Shown one piece after another: positions 18,255 to 27,252 of a stretch of DNA of 64,000 nt. Below the pieces are notes generated by a model. It did not search any database. It was not told the origin of the DNA and saw nothing but the letters and a program-made list of their open reading frames with translations. Every line of letters starts with the position of its first letter. Position 1 is the first letter of the stretch. The stretch is taken from the NCBI GenBank assembly GCA_965203175.1, contig OZ241867.1:3232001-3296000 (forward strand), given 5' to 3'. Both the position numbers and the translations under genes were made by a program. Source of the stretch: Candidatus Latescibacterota bacterium (GTDB taxonomy: Bacteria; Latescibacterota; UBA2968; UBA8231).

Positions 18255-19490
18255 TTACAGCAGGATCCCGGCTACGCAGGCGGTCATAAAGCAGGCTAGG
18301 GAGCCGCCCAGCATAGCGCGAAAACCCAACCGCGCCAAATCGCGCCGCCGCTCGGGGGCAATGCCGCCGATGCCGCCGATCTGGATGCCAATGCTGCTGA
18401 AGTTGGCAAAACCGCACAGAGCATAGGTCAGGATGATCACCGAGCGCTGGCTCAGCTCCACGCCCGAGTCGGGCTGGATCCACTGGCTCAGTTGGACGTA
18501 CGAGACAAATTCGTTGGCCACCATTTTCTTGCCCAACAGCTCGCCGGCCAGCAAACAATCCTTGGCCTCAATACCCATCAACCAAGCAAAGGGCGCAAAC
18601 AGATAACCCAGCGCCGCGGACAAAGACCACTCCAGACCCTCCATGCCTAGAATGTAGCCCACGCCTTGGCCCAACAGGCCCAGCGCCCCGTCCACTAGGG
18701 CGATCAACCCCAGTGCCGCGATGAGCATGGCGGCCACGTTCAGGGCCAGCCGCAAGCCGTCCAAGGTCCCGTTGGCCGCGGCTTCCACCACATTGGTGGC
18801 CGTGCGCTCTACCTCAATCGATACCCGCCCTAGCGTTTTGGACTCTTCTACTTCGGGCTGCATCACCTTGGCCACTAACAACGCCGCCGGAGCCGAGATC
18901 ACCGAGGCGGCTACCAAGTGACCGGCATCAATCCCCAGGCCCACGAAGGCGGCCAATACGCCTCCGGCAATGGTGGCAAAGCCGCCGACCATCAAGGCCA
19001 TCAGTTCTGACCGGGTCATGCTGTCCACGTACGGGCGGACCACTAGCGGAGCCTCGGTCTGGCCGACGAAGACGTTGGCTGCCGCGGCTAGGCTTTCCGC
19101 GCCCGAGGTGCGCAGGGTGCGCTGCATGACCCAGGCGAAGGCCGCTACCACGTACTGCACCAGTCCCAGGTGGTAGAGCACGCCCATTAGGGCGGAAAAA
19201 AAGATAATGGTCGGTAGGACCTTGAAGGCGAAGAAATGTTCGCCGAACGAGTCGCCAAAGACGAAGCTGGAGCCGGCATCGACGTAGTTGAGCAAGGCAG
19301 TGAAAAAAGCGCCAATATAACCGAAAAGCGCCTGTCCGGGTCCGGTCTTGAGAACGAGCAGGGCGAGGAGAAATTGCAGGCCCACGCCGGCCGCTACCAA
19401 GCGGAGATCTACTTTGCGGCGCTCGGCGCTCATGGCGAAGACTAAGGCGACCATCACCACAAGTCCGAATAGGCTGATCAGCCGTTCCAT
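18255..19490 (-). CDS. nupC: Concentrative nucleoside transporter, NupC/CNT family
   Basis: FAFKVLPTIIFFS, ANVFVGQTEAPL, GGFATIAG, NEFVSY, ALCGFANFSSIGIQIGG. Confidence 0.92.
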   Translation of the reverse strand: MERLISLFGLVVMVALVFAMSAERRKVDLRLVAAGVGLQFLLALLVLKTGPGQALFGYIGAFFTALLNYVDAGSSFVFGDSFGEHFFAFKVLPTIIFFSALMGVLYHLGLVQYVVAAFAWVMQRTLRTSGAESLAAAANVFVGQTEAPLVVRPYVDSMTRSELMALMVGGFATIAGGVLAAFVGLGIDAGHLVAASVISAPAALLVAKVMQPEVEESKTLGRVSIEVERTATNVVEAAANGTLDGLRLALNVAAMLIAALGLIALVDGALGLLGQGVGYILGMEGLEWSLSAALGYLFAPFAWLMGIEAKDCLLAGELLGKKMVANEFVSYVQLSQWIQPDSGVELSQRSVIILTYALCGFANFSSIGIQIGGIGGIAPERRRDLARLGFRAMLGGSLACFMTACVAGILL

Positions 19491-19539
19491 CGGTACCTAC
19501 TTTTTGTGCGAGAGTTGGAAAATACCGGGGAAAGTATAT

Positions 19540-19566
19540 AAAAAAACGGCGGGGGAAGCCCCGCCG
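19540..19566 (-). terminator. Intrinsic terminator
   Basis: Minus strand CGGCGGGG-CTTC-CCCCGCCG followed by T7, downstream of the PhyH gene. Confidence 0.7.
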
Positions 19567-19623
19567 AGAAGGTCAAAGCCCGAGTCCCGCATGGGAGCCG
19601 AAGTGTACCGAACTATCTATTCC

Positions 19624-20487
19624 TCACTTTAACTTCTCACCCGGGATCCACTGTATCGCTATCGGCTCGGCCTCGCCAGCGTACGCGATTCTGAGCGGTT
19701 CCATCAGAGCTTGGATCTCTGCAGACGATGAGACCGCGTCGCCGGTGTTGGCTTCTGCTAGAGCAACTGTGGCCTGCGTGCGCTCAGGTAAGGCAACGAA
19801 GTCTGGATAGTACCACATCGTGAGCACAGTCCGGCGCTGATCGGTCTGGTTGGCATGGGAAGCGTGCAACAGGCTGCCGTACCCCATCACGAGATCGCCA
19901 GCTTTTACGGGGACGTTGATCTCGTCATCTACCCGCGAAAACCCCGGATCGTCGGGATTGGCAAATGTTCTGAGCTCGTCTGTATGGCTTGGTGAGATTT
20001 TGTCGTGTAGGGCATGGCGCTTGAGGTGCGACCCCGGGATCACGCGCAGGCACCCGTTTTGCGGCGTGGTGTCGGTGAGGTAATACATCAAAAAGCATTG
20101 GATGGGCTGCGTCGTATAGCTCACCGGATCGTCCCAGAAACGACCGTCTTCATGCCAGAACAGGGGTGGGCTGTGGGATGGTTTGCTGATGATGCGTCCG
20201 TGGCCAAACTTGGGGTCGTCGAACCCGAGCTGTTGCAGCGCGGCGAGTGCGTTGGGGTGGGCGATGAGTTCGGCCATTACTGGATGCTGATAGGCCATAG
20301 CCCAATCGATCATCACCATGCTGCCGGTCGTGCGCTGTTTGGCAAAATGCTCTGGGTCCTGTTGGGCGAGCACGTCATCGCTGAAGCGCTGTAAGCGCTC
20401 CAACATGGGGGAATCGAGAATATTTTCGAATATGTAAAACCCGTCGCGGGCGAATTGTTCTCGCTTTTTATGGGCTCCATCTTGCAT
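19624..20487 (-). CDS. Phytanoyl-CoA dioxygenase (PhyH) family Fe(II)/2OG oxygenase
   Basis: FARDGF, WHED (HxD), GCLRVIPGSH, LLHASHAN...R; likely start ATG at 20487. Confidence 0.88.
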   Translation of the reverse strand: MQDGAHKKREQFARDGFYIFENILDSPMLERLQRFSDDVLAQQDPEHFAKQRTTGSMVMIDWAMAYQHPVMAELIAHPNALAALQQLGFDDPKFGHGRIISKPSHSPPLFWHEDGRFWDDPVSYTTQPIQCFLMYYLTDTTPQNGCLRVIPGSHLKRHALHDKISPSHTDELRTFANPDDPGFSRVDDEINVPVKAGDLVMGYGSLLHASHANQTDQRRTVLTMWYYPDFVALPERTQATVALAEANTGDAVSSSAEIQALMEPLRIAYAGEAEPIAIQWIPGEKLK

Positions 20488-20523
20488 GCTGATTAGTTCT
20501 TTGTTCGAATGGCCGGCGAGCAA

Positions 20524-21168
20524 TCACGGACGCCAAGCTGCTTTCAGGCTACCCCAGGTGGTTGCGGCGACCGCACTGAAGTCATCAATGGGGTGGAGTT
20601 CCCAGATTGTAACCCTGGTCCCCCTCGTGGTCGTGAGGAACAGGGTGTCTCCCTCAATGGCATACGTGCTAATCCCCCACTTATTGAGTACAGCGAGAAA
20701 CTGCACCTTATCGAGTTCAGCGAAAAACGCGTCGATAAATTCTTGTTCAAAAGCTGGGTAATTCTCTTCAGGGATTTCGTGCGAGTCTGCTACATACCGG
20801 GCGAAGTCGCGGGCCACTTGGGTGAAGAAATCGACGAAGCTTTCACCGTCAACGGATAGGTCTAAGGCGGCTATATCGACCAAGAGATTGTCGTCCGAGA
20901 CGCCATAGGTGCCGGTGCCGTGGGCAACAATCGTCTCCATGGTGGGAGGTTCCGGGACTTGGATATCGGCGAGGAAGTCGTCTTTCACCTGAATGACTTG
21001 GTTGATCTCAAAGGCTCCATCTTCCTCGAAGGTCAGGCGAATGGTAATCTCGCCGATTTGCTCATCGACGATAGTGCCCCCCCAGGTGCCGTACAGCGCC
21101 TCTTTCTGGGCGGCGAGCGGCGGAACGAGCAGGCAGAGTAAGAGGACGGACGACAGGAGCTGGCGCAT
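20524..21168 (-). CDS. Secreted hypothetical protein with C-terminal TWGxxK motif
   Basis: Signal peptide MRQLLSSVLLLCLLVPPLAA; acidic body; ends SAVAATTWGSLKAAWRP. Confidence 0.75.
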   Translation of the reverse strand: MRQLLSSVLLLCLLVPPLAAQKEALYGTWGGTIVDEQIGEITIRLTFEEDGAFEINQVIQVKDDFLADIQVPEPPTMETIVAHGTGTYGVSDDNLLVDIAALDLSVDGESFVDFFTQVARDFARYVADSHEIPEENYPAFEQEFIDAFFAELDKVQFLAVLNKWGISTYAIEGDTLFLTTTRGTRVTIWELHPIDDFSAVAATTWGSLKAAWRP

Positions 21169-21178
21169 AAGGGCTTCC

Positions 21179-22174
21179 TTACTCGTACAAGTGGGCGACG
21201 TACTCTGCGTAGCCGTTGTAGGGGAGGGTATCGCGTAGTTCGGTTGGGTTCACATCGGTGGTGATGAAGCGCTCCCTGGCTTGCGACCAGCGGGGATGGG
21301 GGACTTGAGGCTCGACGTTGGAGATAAAGCCGTACTCGTGGGGCGCTAGGGTATTCCAAAACGTCGCCGGCTGTTCGCTGGTGAATTCGATTTTAGTGAT
21401 CGACTTGAGACCCTTATAGCCGTATTTCCAGGGCGTCACTAGGCGCAGGGGAGCACCGTGTTGCTTGGGCATTTCGTGGCCGTAGACGCCCGTCACCAGC
21501 AGAGTCAGTTCATTGGTCGCTTCGTCCATGGTCAGGCCCTCGGTATAGGGCCAAGGCCAATCGGAGCGATCCCATTGTACTGGGGCCACCTCGGGATTGA
21601 AGAAGGAGATCATGCGCACGTAGCGGGCCGATGACAGCGGTTGCACGAAATTGATGAGGTCCCGCATGGGAAAGCCCGTCCACGGGATGGCCATGGACCA
21701 AGCCTCGACGCAGCGGTGGCGGTAGAGGCGCTCTTCCAGATCCATAATGCCGATTAGGTAGTCGATATCGTACGTCTTGGGCTCCGGCACTAGGCCACTT
21801 ATTTCCACCGTCCAAGGGGCAGGCTCAAAATTGTCTATGAAGCGCCACACATCCTTGGAGGTGGAGAATTCATAGAAGTTGTTGTACTTGGCTGCCACGG
21901 CCTCGTCGGTGAGCGGCCGGTCGAGCGTGGAAAACTCATCGTTTGTGGGAGCTGGATACCACTCTGAAGGTGGGATTGGCTCGATGATCGCGGGGGGGAG
22001 GTATTTTGTTGTATCGACGAGTTTTTCTGGATTGAGGAGCTTTTCTGGAATGCATCCCGCAAGCAGGCCGATGGAGCCCAAACCGGCCCGCCGGATGAAC
22101 TTGCGGCGGTTGAGATAGACGTCTTCGTCGGTGGCCTGGCACTCGGGGATCTCCCATTTTTTGCGCGGCATCAC
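21179..22174 (-). CDS. msrP: Protein-methionine-sulfoxide reductase catalytic subunit MsrP (YedY)
   Basis: Tat motif NRRKFI; YNNFYEF; HRCVEAWSM (Moco Cys); GAPLRLVTPWKYGYK; PHPRWSQA. Confidence 0.92.
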   Translation of the reverse strand: MMPRKKWEIPECQATDEDVYLNRRKFIRRAGLGSIGLLAGCIPEKLLNPEKLVDTTKYLPPAIIEPIPPSEWYPAPTNDEFSTLDRPLTDEAVAAKYNNFYEFSTSKDVWRFIDNFEPAPWTVEISGLVPEPKTYDIDYLIGIMDLEERLYRHRCVEAWSMAIPWTGFPMRDLINFVQPLSSARYVRMISFFNPEVAPVQWDRSDWPWPYTEGLTMDEATNELTLLVTGVYGHEMPKQHGAPLRLVTPWKYGYKGLKSITKIEFTSEQPATFWNTLAPHEYGFISNVEPQVPHPRWSQARERFITTDVNPTELRDTLPYNGYAEYVAHLYE

Positions 22175-22235
22175 AACCTCCTTTCAATGGAAGTACGATC
22201 AAAATATAACAGATTGGCTCTGCAGCCGCGATTTT

Positions 22236-23207
22236 TTAGCGCTTGAAAGCCAGCCCCACGGCGTAGGTCGTGCCCGCTGCGGTATTGCAGCCAGCCGCGA
22301 TGTGGAATAGATCGACGCCGATTTCCAGGTTCTTACTGAGAGACCAGATCAACCCCGGGGCCAGCTTGAGGATATCTTGGTCGCCGACGAGACCGCCCTG
22401 TCCCATAGCACCGCAATCGCCCATGGTGCGCATCCCTTCGACCACGCCTTTGACTAGCAGGCGATTATAGGTGACCCCGGCCTCTAAGCCATAGAAGAAT
22501 TCGTCGCTGAAAGCCCCGCCTCGCTTGCGATAGCCGACTGTGCTCGTCAAGTAGCCTGGGAGTGGGTACAGCGATTTGCCTACCAACAGCCGCATGTCGA
22601 TGTCCCGCTCACCTGTGCCCAAGGGAATCTTATTGTCGGCCCCATCCACTGGACTCAACCCCAAGCCAAGTCCGCCCGCGTCTAGGGAGCCAATGCTGTC
22701 TTGATCTATGTCGTAGCCCAAGGGGAATTTGCCCCCCAGCGCTAGGGAGACCACTGCCGGATTGCGCAGCAAGCGCCAGCGCAGGCGCAGTTCTAGGTCG
22801 GCTAGGCCTGATTGGACTTCGTCGGGGTGGATGCGGGTTATGGTGGTATCGAGAACGTCGCTTTTGAACTCCCTCACTTCGGTATTCTTGTACACCAAGC
22901 GCTTATAGGGCAGGGTGGCCACCAAGGTCAAGCGCTCCTGCAAACCATATTCTAGGTAGGCCGATATACTCTCGTCGCTCAATTCTTCCATGCTGGGTTT
23001 TGCCACCCGCTCCCGCCGCTCGCCAGCGGCGTCCAGATAGTCTTGGGAGTGGAAGGAAAGTCCGGCGATTTTGAAGTACATGCCGCCTGGAGCTTGCGTC
23101 CAAGCACCGGCGTGTAGTTGGGTGGGGGCAATCGCTAGCAGGATGGCCACCAGTGGAATCCAGCGCCGCAGTGGGCGGGGCGAATTCGGTCGAGTGTTGT
23201 GATTCAT
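22236..23207 (-). CDS. Putative outer-membrane beta-barrel / exported protein
   Basis: Signal peptide ending LHA-GAWT; amphipathic strands (YLEYGL, LATLPY); lies downstream of a TonB receptor. Likely start ATG at 23207. Confidence 0.65.
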   Translation of the reverse strand: MNHNTRPNSPRPLRRWIPLVAILLAIAPTQLHAGAWTQAPGGMYFKIAGLSFHSQDYLDAAGERRERVAKPSMEELSDESISAYLEYGLQERLTLVATLPYKRLVYKNTEVREFKSDVLDTTITRIHPDEVQSGLADLELRLRWRLLRNPAVVSLALGGKFPLGYDIDQDSIGSLDAGGLGLGLSPVDGADNKIPLGTGERDIDMRLLVGKSLYPLPGYLTSTVGYRKRGGAFSDEFFYGLEAGVTYNRLLVKGVVEGMRTMGDCGAMGQGGLVGDQDILKLAPGLIWSLSKNLEIGVDLFHIAAGCNTAAGTTYAVGLAFKR

Positions 23208-23314
23208 AGAAATCTCTCGGAAAGTGTTGGAGTTGAGCGGTTCTCGGACTATTCTGTCGATTTTGTACCGACCACTCACAAATAGCAACGTTCCCAGTCC
23301 TGTGGCAACACCAC

Positions 23315-26300
23315 TCAATAGACGTAGCGCAAGCCGACCTGCACTTGGCGCGGATCGCCCAAGCCCGATTGCACGGTGCCGTCGAAATTGAACAGGAGGC
23401 CGACGCTGGAGGGATCGCGGAAATTGTCCGTGTTGAGCAGGTTGAAGACCTCGACGATGGCCTCTAGTTGACCGCGGCCCACTAATATGGGCCGCGATAG
23501 GCGCACGTCATAGGAGAAAAAGTCGTTGTCCTTGCGCAGCGTGTTGCGCGTCGTGATGCTACCATCGTCGCAGATCCGGTCGGAGGCCGCGCCCCACGGG
23601 TTGGTCGAGCGGCCGCCCGCGCAGGAGGCGGAGACCGGCTGCGCCGAATAGTAGCTCAGGCGCTGGTTGAACAAGATTCCGCCGGGCAATGCGGCCAAGG
23701 CCCACGCATTGAAGCGGTGGCGCTGGTCGCGGTCCGAATAGCCCCATTCGCGCTCCAGTTGGGTCGCATTGACGTAGCGGAAGGTAAAGGGATCGCGCTC
23801 GTTGTCGTCGTCGGATTTGTCCCACGACAATGTGTAGTTGAGTTGGAATTGCAAGTCGTTGTGCACCATCTGCCGCAAGCCGAAGCTGAGGCCGTGGTAG
23901 CGCGATTTGGCCGTGCTTTCGACCACGGTTAAATCGCCGATGCCATTGCTGCCATCGGCCCCCAGCCCCGTTGCCCACGGAGAGCCGAAGATGGCGTCGT
24001 TGCGGTTGACAAAGCGCGTCAGCTTGTCGGTGCGGGCGTAGGTGTACCCGAAGGAGCCGACCAAGCCCGACGCATGTAATTCGCGTTCAATGCCGACGTT
24101 TGTGCTGATGGTGCGCGGGTTTTCGAAATTCTGGTCGAAGACAAAGATGTTGGGCCGGAAGGGATCGCCTTGGGGCGCGGGCAACAGTTCGCCGTAGGTC
24201 GGCGGCGGTCCCAAAATGGGCGTCAGGGCGCTGGAGCGGAAAATGGATTGCCCACGCGAGCCGTTGGTCGAACGCGTACTGGCCAAGTTCAGACCCGGGA
24301 TGCGGGCGTAGAACACGCCGGCGCTGCCGCGCAGCAAGGTTTTGTTGTCGCCGTGCACATCGTAGGCCACCCCTAGGCGCGGCTGGAACATGTCCCAGTC
24401 CGAGGGAATGGTGCCGTTGGAGGGGAATTCGTAGGTGCCCGTCTCGTTGGTCACTGTTTTACCAATGAAATCGGCGAAGAATACTTCGTCTGGATCGGTG
24501 ATCACGTCGGGCTGAATTTGCGCCTCCCAGCGCAGGCCGTAGTTGAGCGTCAGCTTGTTCGAGGGCTGCCAACTGTCCTGCACAAATAGGGCCAATTCGT
24601 GCTGCGGGATACCCTGAGTGCCCGCTTCTTCCACGGTTAGGCCGCCGACGCCGGACTGCTGCAAATAGAGCAGAACCGGTCCGGTAATATCCGTCCCGTC
24701 GGGGCAAGCTCCAGTGGTGCTGGTGCTGCCGTCGGCGCACTCGACGTAGCCGTTGCCTTGCTCGACGAAGTTGAGAAAGCCATCTAGCGAGCTGAAGATG
24801 TAGCGGCCATTGGCAAAACCAATGAAGGTCTGCACGGATTCGACGCGGTTCCACTCGACTCCGGCTTTGATTAAGTGATCGCCCTTGGCCACGGAGATGT
24901 TGTCGAGCGCCTGGATGCGGGTGTCGTAGTACTCAATCGGAATGAAGAACGGCATGCCAAAGCGATAGCCGTGGACAAAATCCATGCCCGTATCCGGGAA
25001 GGGCCGGCCGGTGTTGGGGTTGTCCGGGCCAATGTACGGACGCGGGCGATCTTCGCGGGAAACCTGGAAGCGAAACTCGTTGGTGGCGGTCGGGGACAGC
25101 AGCGATAGCAGGCTGCCGTTGAAGGCGTGGAACCAGTCCCGTTCTACGGCATTGGCGCTGCGCGCCCACGAGTCCACGTCAAAGGTGCCGTTTTCCTGTT
25201 CGGACCAAGTGTAATTGTATTTGAAGGTGGCGTAGTGCGCATCCGACAGGCGGGCGTCGATTTTGGCGAGGAAGGCGCGGGCGTCGTTGGTGCGGTCAAT
25301 CGGCCCGTAGTCGCCAGCCAATGCTCCGTTGAATTGCTCGTCCATAAACGCGCGCAGGCGGGTATCGATGCGCGCGCTATCGCTCTGCTTGGTGTCTCTA
25401 AATACCTGTTGGTCGTAGGCGGTAAAGAAAAAGGCCCGGTCCTTTATCAGCGGCCCACCCATAGTGAAGCCGAACTGCCCTTGGCTAAAATCCGGAGCGC
25501 GCTCTATGCCTTCGTGCCGCGCCGTGCCCGACAGGGCGTCGTTTTTGCCGAAAAAATGCACTGAGCCGTGCAACTGATTGGTGCCCGATTTGGTGATGAC
25601 GTTGACAAAACCGCCGCTGGAGCGGCCGAATTCCGCGTTGGCCCCCTGCGGCACCACCACCATTTCCTCGACCGCGTCCAAGTTAAAGGTGAAGGCCGGG
25701 CGCTGTCCGCCGCGCTGCTCGCCAAAGAAGGGATTGTTAAAATCAGCGCCATCCACCGAGATGTTGTTGTGAATGCCGCGCTGCCCGCCAATGCTCAGTT
25801 CGTCGCCGTCGGGGCCTTGGACGATGGCTACGCCCGGCGTCAACAGCGTTAAGTTGAGGAAGTTGCGCCCGTTGTTGGGCAGGTCCTGCACTGCCTCTTC
25901 GGGCAGGCGCGTAGCCGGTTCGCTCTGCGTTATATCCACTGTGGACAAGGCCGCCTCGACGACCATTTCCTCCATCTGCGGCAGCATTTTGACGATCAAC
26001 TCCACGGTCTCGCCGACTCGCACTTTCACCCCGGTCTGCCGCACTTCGGCTTGTCCGGCCGCCTGTACTGTCACGTCGTAGGAGCCGAGGGGCAGCAAGG
26101 TCGCGGTAAACAGCCCTAAATCGGACGAGGTGAGGGTGCGTTCGTAGTTGGTGCGGGTTTCCTTGAGCTCGATGATGGCATTGGCGATGGGGTTGCCAAA
26201 CTGATCCCAGACAGAGCCACGAATAACGCCGGTGGTTGCTTGGGACTGTGCCCAAGCTCCGTTGGGCAGGACGACCCAGAGTAGGATGGTCAGAAAAGGC

Positions 26301-26326
26301 AGAAAGCGAAGTCGATGCGTCGGCAT
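23315..26326 (-). CDS. TonB-dependent receptor, Oar-like (carboxypeptidase-regulatory-like N-domain)
   Basis: LPNNGRNFLNL, AEFGRSSGGFVNVITKSGTN, QDSW, NYGLRWE, PRLGVAYD; C-terminal PRQVQVGLRYVY. Confidence 0.9.
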   Translation of the reverse strand: MPTHRLRFLPFLTILLWVVLPNGAWAQSQATTGVIRGSVWDQFGNPIANAIIELKETRTNYERTLTSSDLGLFTATLLPLGSYDVTVQAAGQAEVRQTGVKVRVGETVELIVKMLPQMEEMVVEAALSTVDITQSEPATRLPEEAVQDLPNNGRNFLNLTLLTPGVAIVQGPDGDELSIGGQRGIHNNISVDGADFNNPFFGEQRGGQRPAFTFNLDAVEEMVVVPQGANAEFGRSSGGFVNVITKSGTNQLHGSVHFFGKNDALSGTARHEGIERAPDFSQGQFGFTMGGPLIKDRAFFFTAYDQQVFRDTKQSDSARIDTRLRAFMDEQFNGALAGDYGPIDRTNDARAFLAKIDARLSDAHYATFKYNYTWSEQENGTFDVDSWARSANAVERDWFHAFNGSLLSLLSPTATNEFRFQVSREDRPRPYIGPDNPNTGRPFPDTGMDFVHGYRFGMPFFIPIEYYDTRIQALDNISVAKGDHLIKAGVEWNRVESVQTFIGFANGRYIFSSLDGFLNFVEQGNGYVECADGSTSTTGACPDGTDITGPVLLYLQQSGVGGLTVEEAGTQGIPQHELALFVQDSWQPSNKLTLNYGLRWEAQIQPDVITDPDEVFFADFIGKTVTNETGTYEFPSNGTIPSDWDMFQPRLGVAYDVHGDNKTLLRGSAGVFYARIPGLNLASTRSTNGSRGQSIFRSSALTPILGPPPTYGELLPAPQGDPFRPNIFVFDQNFENPRTISTNVGIERELHASGLVGSFGYTYARTDKLTRFVNRNDAIFGSPWATGLGADGSNGIGDLTVVESTAKSRYHGLSFGLRQMVHNDLQFQLNYTLSWDKSDDDNERDPFTFRYVNATQLEREWGYSDRDQRHRFNAWALAALPGGILFNQRLSYYSAQPVSASCAGGRSTNPWGAASDRICDDGSITTRNTLRKDNDFFSYDVRLSRPILVGRGQLEAIVEVFNLLNTDNFRDPSSVGLLFNFDGTVQSGLGDPRQVQVGLRYVY

Positions 26327-26497
26327 AAGCTAGCTCATTGTGAAGGGGGAGGGCGCAGGGAGCGTGGCTTCTTAGGACCACTTTTGCCTAGATTTATGGA
26401 TGGACTATTTTTACAACATCAGCCAAAATTTAAGCTCGGTCAACTCTCCACCCGGCGACTTCTTGCCACCCGACAAAGCCAAAAAACACAGCCCGCC

Positions 26498-27211
26498 ATG
26501 CCCGCCCTGATTGCCTTTGACGCAGACGATACCTTGTGGGAAAACGAGATCTACTTTGAAACGGCCAAAGACCGCTTTATAGATCTGTTGGCCTCCGACC
26601 GCGATCCGGAGTGGACTGAGCGGGAGCTATACGAGGCCGAAATGCGCAATCTAGCCCACTATGGCTACGGCATAAAAAGCTTCACCTTGTCCATGATAGA
26701 GACGGCCCTCGATCTGACAAAGGGAGAGGCAACGGGGCAGCAAATCCGCCAGATTTTGGACTATGGCAAAGAGATGCTGCAAACGCCCATCGAACCGCTG
26801 CCTTACGTCGAGGAGGTGCTAACCCACCTGTCCCAAACACATCCTCTGATGCTGTTGACCAAGGGCGATTTATTTGACCAAGAGGCCAAGATCGCTCGCT
26901 CTGGCTTGGCCGGTCACTTTACGTATATCGAAATCGTTAGCGAAAAAAACGAGGAAATCTACGCGGCCCTGTTGCAGCGCCACGACATCCAGCCAGCCGA
27001 CTTTTGCATGGTGGGCAATTCGCTCAAGTCGGATATTCTGCCCGTCGTCGCCTTGGGCGGACACGCCGTCTATGTGCCGTACTACACCACTTGGCTCCAC
27101 GAACGCGTCGAGCCTTCGGAGGCCGAGCGCCAGCAATACCACCAAATAGCCCACCTAGGTGAACTGCCCCGCCTGCTCGCCGAGCAGTTTGCTTGTACTG
27201 TCCAAAACTAA
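26498..27211 (+). CDS. HAD-superfamily hydrolase
   Basis: IAFDADDTLW (motif I), LTKGD, MVGNSLKSD. Start ATG at 26498; the upstream ORF extension is non-coding-like. Confidence 0.9.
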   Translation: MPALIAFDADDTLWENEIYFETAKDRFIDLLASDRDPEWTERELYEAEMRNLAHYGYGIKSFTLSMIETALDLTKGEATGQQIRQILDYGKEMLQTPIEPLPYVEEVLTHLSQTHPLMLLTKGDLFDQEAKIARSGLAGHFTYIEIVSEKNEEIYAALLQRHDIQPADFCMVGNSLKSDILPVVALGGHAVYVPYYTTWLHERVEPSEAERQQYHQIAHLGELPRLLAEQFACTVQN

Positions 27212-27252
27212 AACTGTGACTTTGTCCGGCCTTCCTTCAAAGCGGATCTGCA

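Noticed and set aside
26315-26497. 61-aa N-terminal extension of the HAD hydrolase
   Set aside because: It spans the divergent promoter region; HAD motif I begins right after ATG 26498.
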